From Antechinus flavipes (taxonomy: Eukaryota), in the NCBI RefSeq assembly GCF_016432865.1, contig NC_067402.1, forward strand, positions 103,044,001 through 103,108,000: 64,000 nucleotides of DNA, given 5' to 3'. The position numbers and the translations under genes are program-made. Positions 63,590-64,000 of the stretch are shown piece after piece. Numbering within the stretch: position 1 is the first letter of the stretch; the number at the start of each line of letters is the position of its first letter. The notes under the pieces are model-generated. The model was given only the letters and a program-made list of their open reading frames with translations, made no database searches and was not told where the DNA came from.

Positions 63590-64000
63590 ATTAATAAACA
63601 TTTATTAAGCACCTTCTATGTGCCAGACCCTGTTCTAAACTGTAGACATACAAAAAGAGGCCTGCCCTCAAGGAGTTCAGAATCTAAGGGAGCCTAATCT
63701 AAGTCTGCTGTCAGAATACAGACTGACCATGTTATCCTCCCGTTCCCCACTCACCCTAATAAACACCACCAGCTCCCTATCACCTCCAGGATCAAATACA
63801 AACCCCTCTGGAGTTGAGGGCTTCCAGAATGTGCCCTCCTCTACCTTTGCAGTTTTCTTACACCTTACCTCCCAGCACATGCTCTTCTCACTAGTGACCC
63901 CAAGCTCCTTGCTCTTCCTCAAACAAGATACATCTTCACCACTGGTCATTTTCTCTGGAATCCTTTAACTTCTCATCTTTACTTTTAGGTCTCCTGTCCC
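63590..64000 (+). mobile_element. L2 fragments (reverse tail at about 63590-63680, forward 3' region to the window end)
   Basis: ctccctatcacctccaggatcaaatacaaacccctctg and ctccttgctcttcctcaaacaagatac are L2 3' motifs. Confidence 0.7.

Noticed and set aside
418-63968. The many 60-135 aa ORFs of the track as independent genes
   Set aside because: Apart from those overlapping TBXAS1 exons, they are low-complexity or decayed L1/L3/RTE frames with no intact domain or gene structure.
1-64000. CRISPR arrays, operons, tRNA/rRNA genes or other prokaryote-type systems
   Set aside because: No regularly spaced repeats or intact structural RNA genes seen. The tRNA-like boxes all belong to SINE heads.

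Overview
Mammalian intronic DNA, very likely from a dasyurid marsupial such as the Tasmanian devil. The evidence is WSINE1/Mar1 CORE-SINEs, RTE and L3 relics, dasyurid-type L1 3' ends and an OC1-type hAT MITE. The window holds the middle of the thromboxane A synthase gene TBXAS1 (CYP5A1) on the minus strand: six coding exons matching human exons 4-9 (62038-62134, 38189-38305, 20488-20576, 18254-18402, 14817-14947, 7368-7673). All have GT-AG borders and compatible phases, and they join into one open 889-nt segment. Exons 1-3 and 10-13 lie outside the window. The rest is repeat-rich intron with one 132-N assembly gap. I found no new multi-gene system. The best leads are: (1) an inverted repeat in intron 8 whose inner 79 bp are perfectly matched while the outer parts have diverged, next to a perfect 26-bp AT palindrome; (2) the monooxygenase-type I-helix Thr (AGYET) where human TXAS has Ile; (3) an exact ERSE (CCAAT-N9-CCACG) inside a haematopoietic-motif cluster in intron 5; (4) an OC1-type MITE; (5) a young sense-oriented solo LTR just upstream of exon 5; (6) a near full-length 7SL retrocopy. 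Repeat family names come from recalled consensus sequences, not database searches, and most repeat boundaries are approximate.
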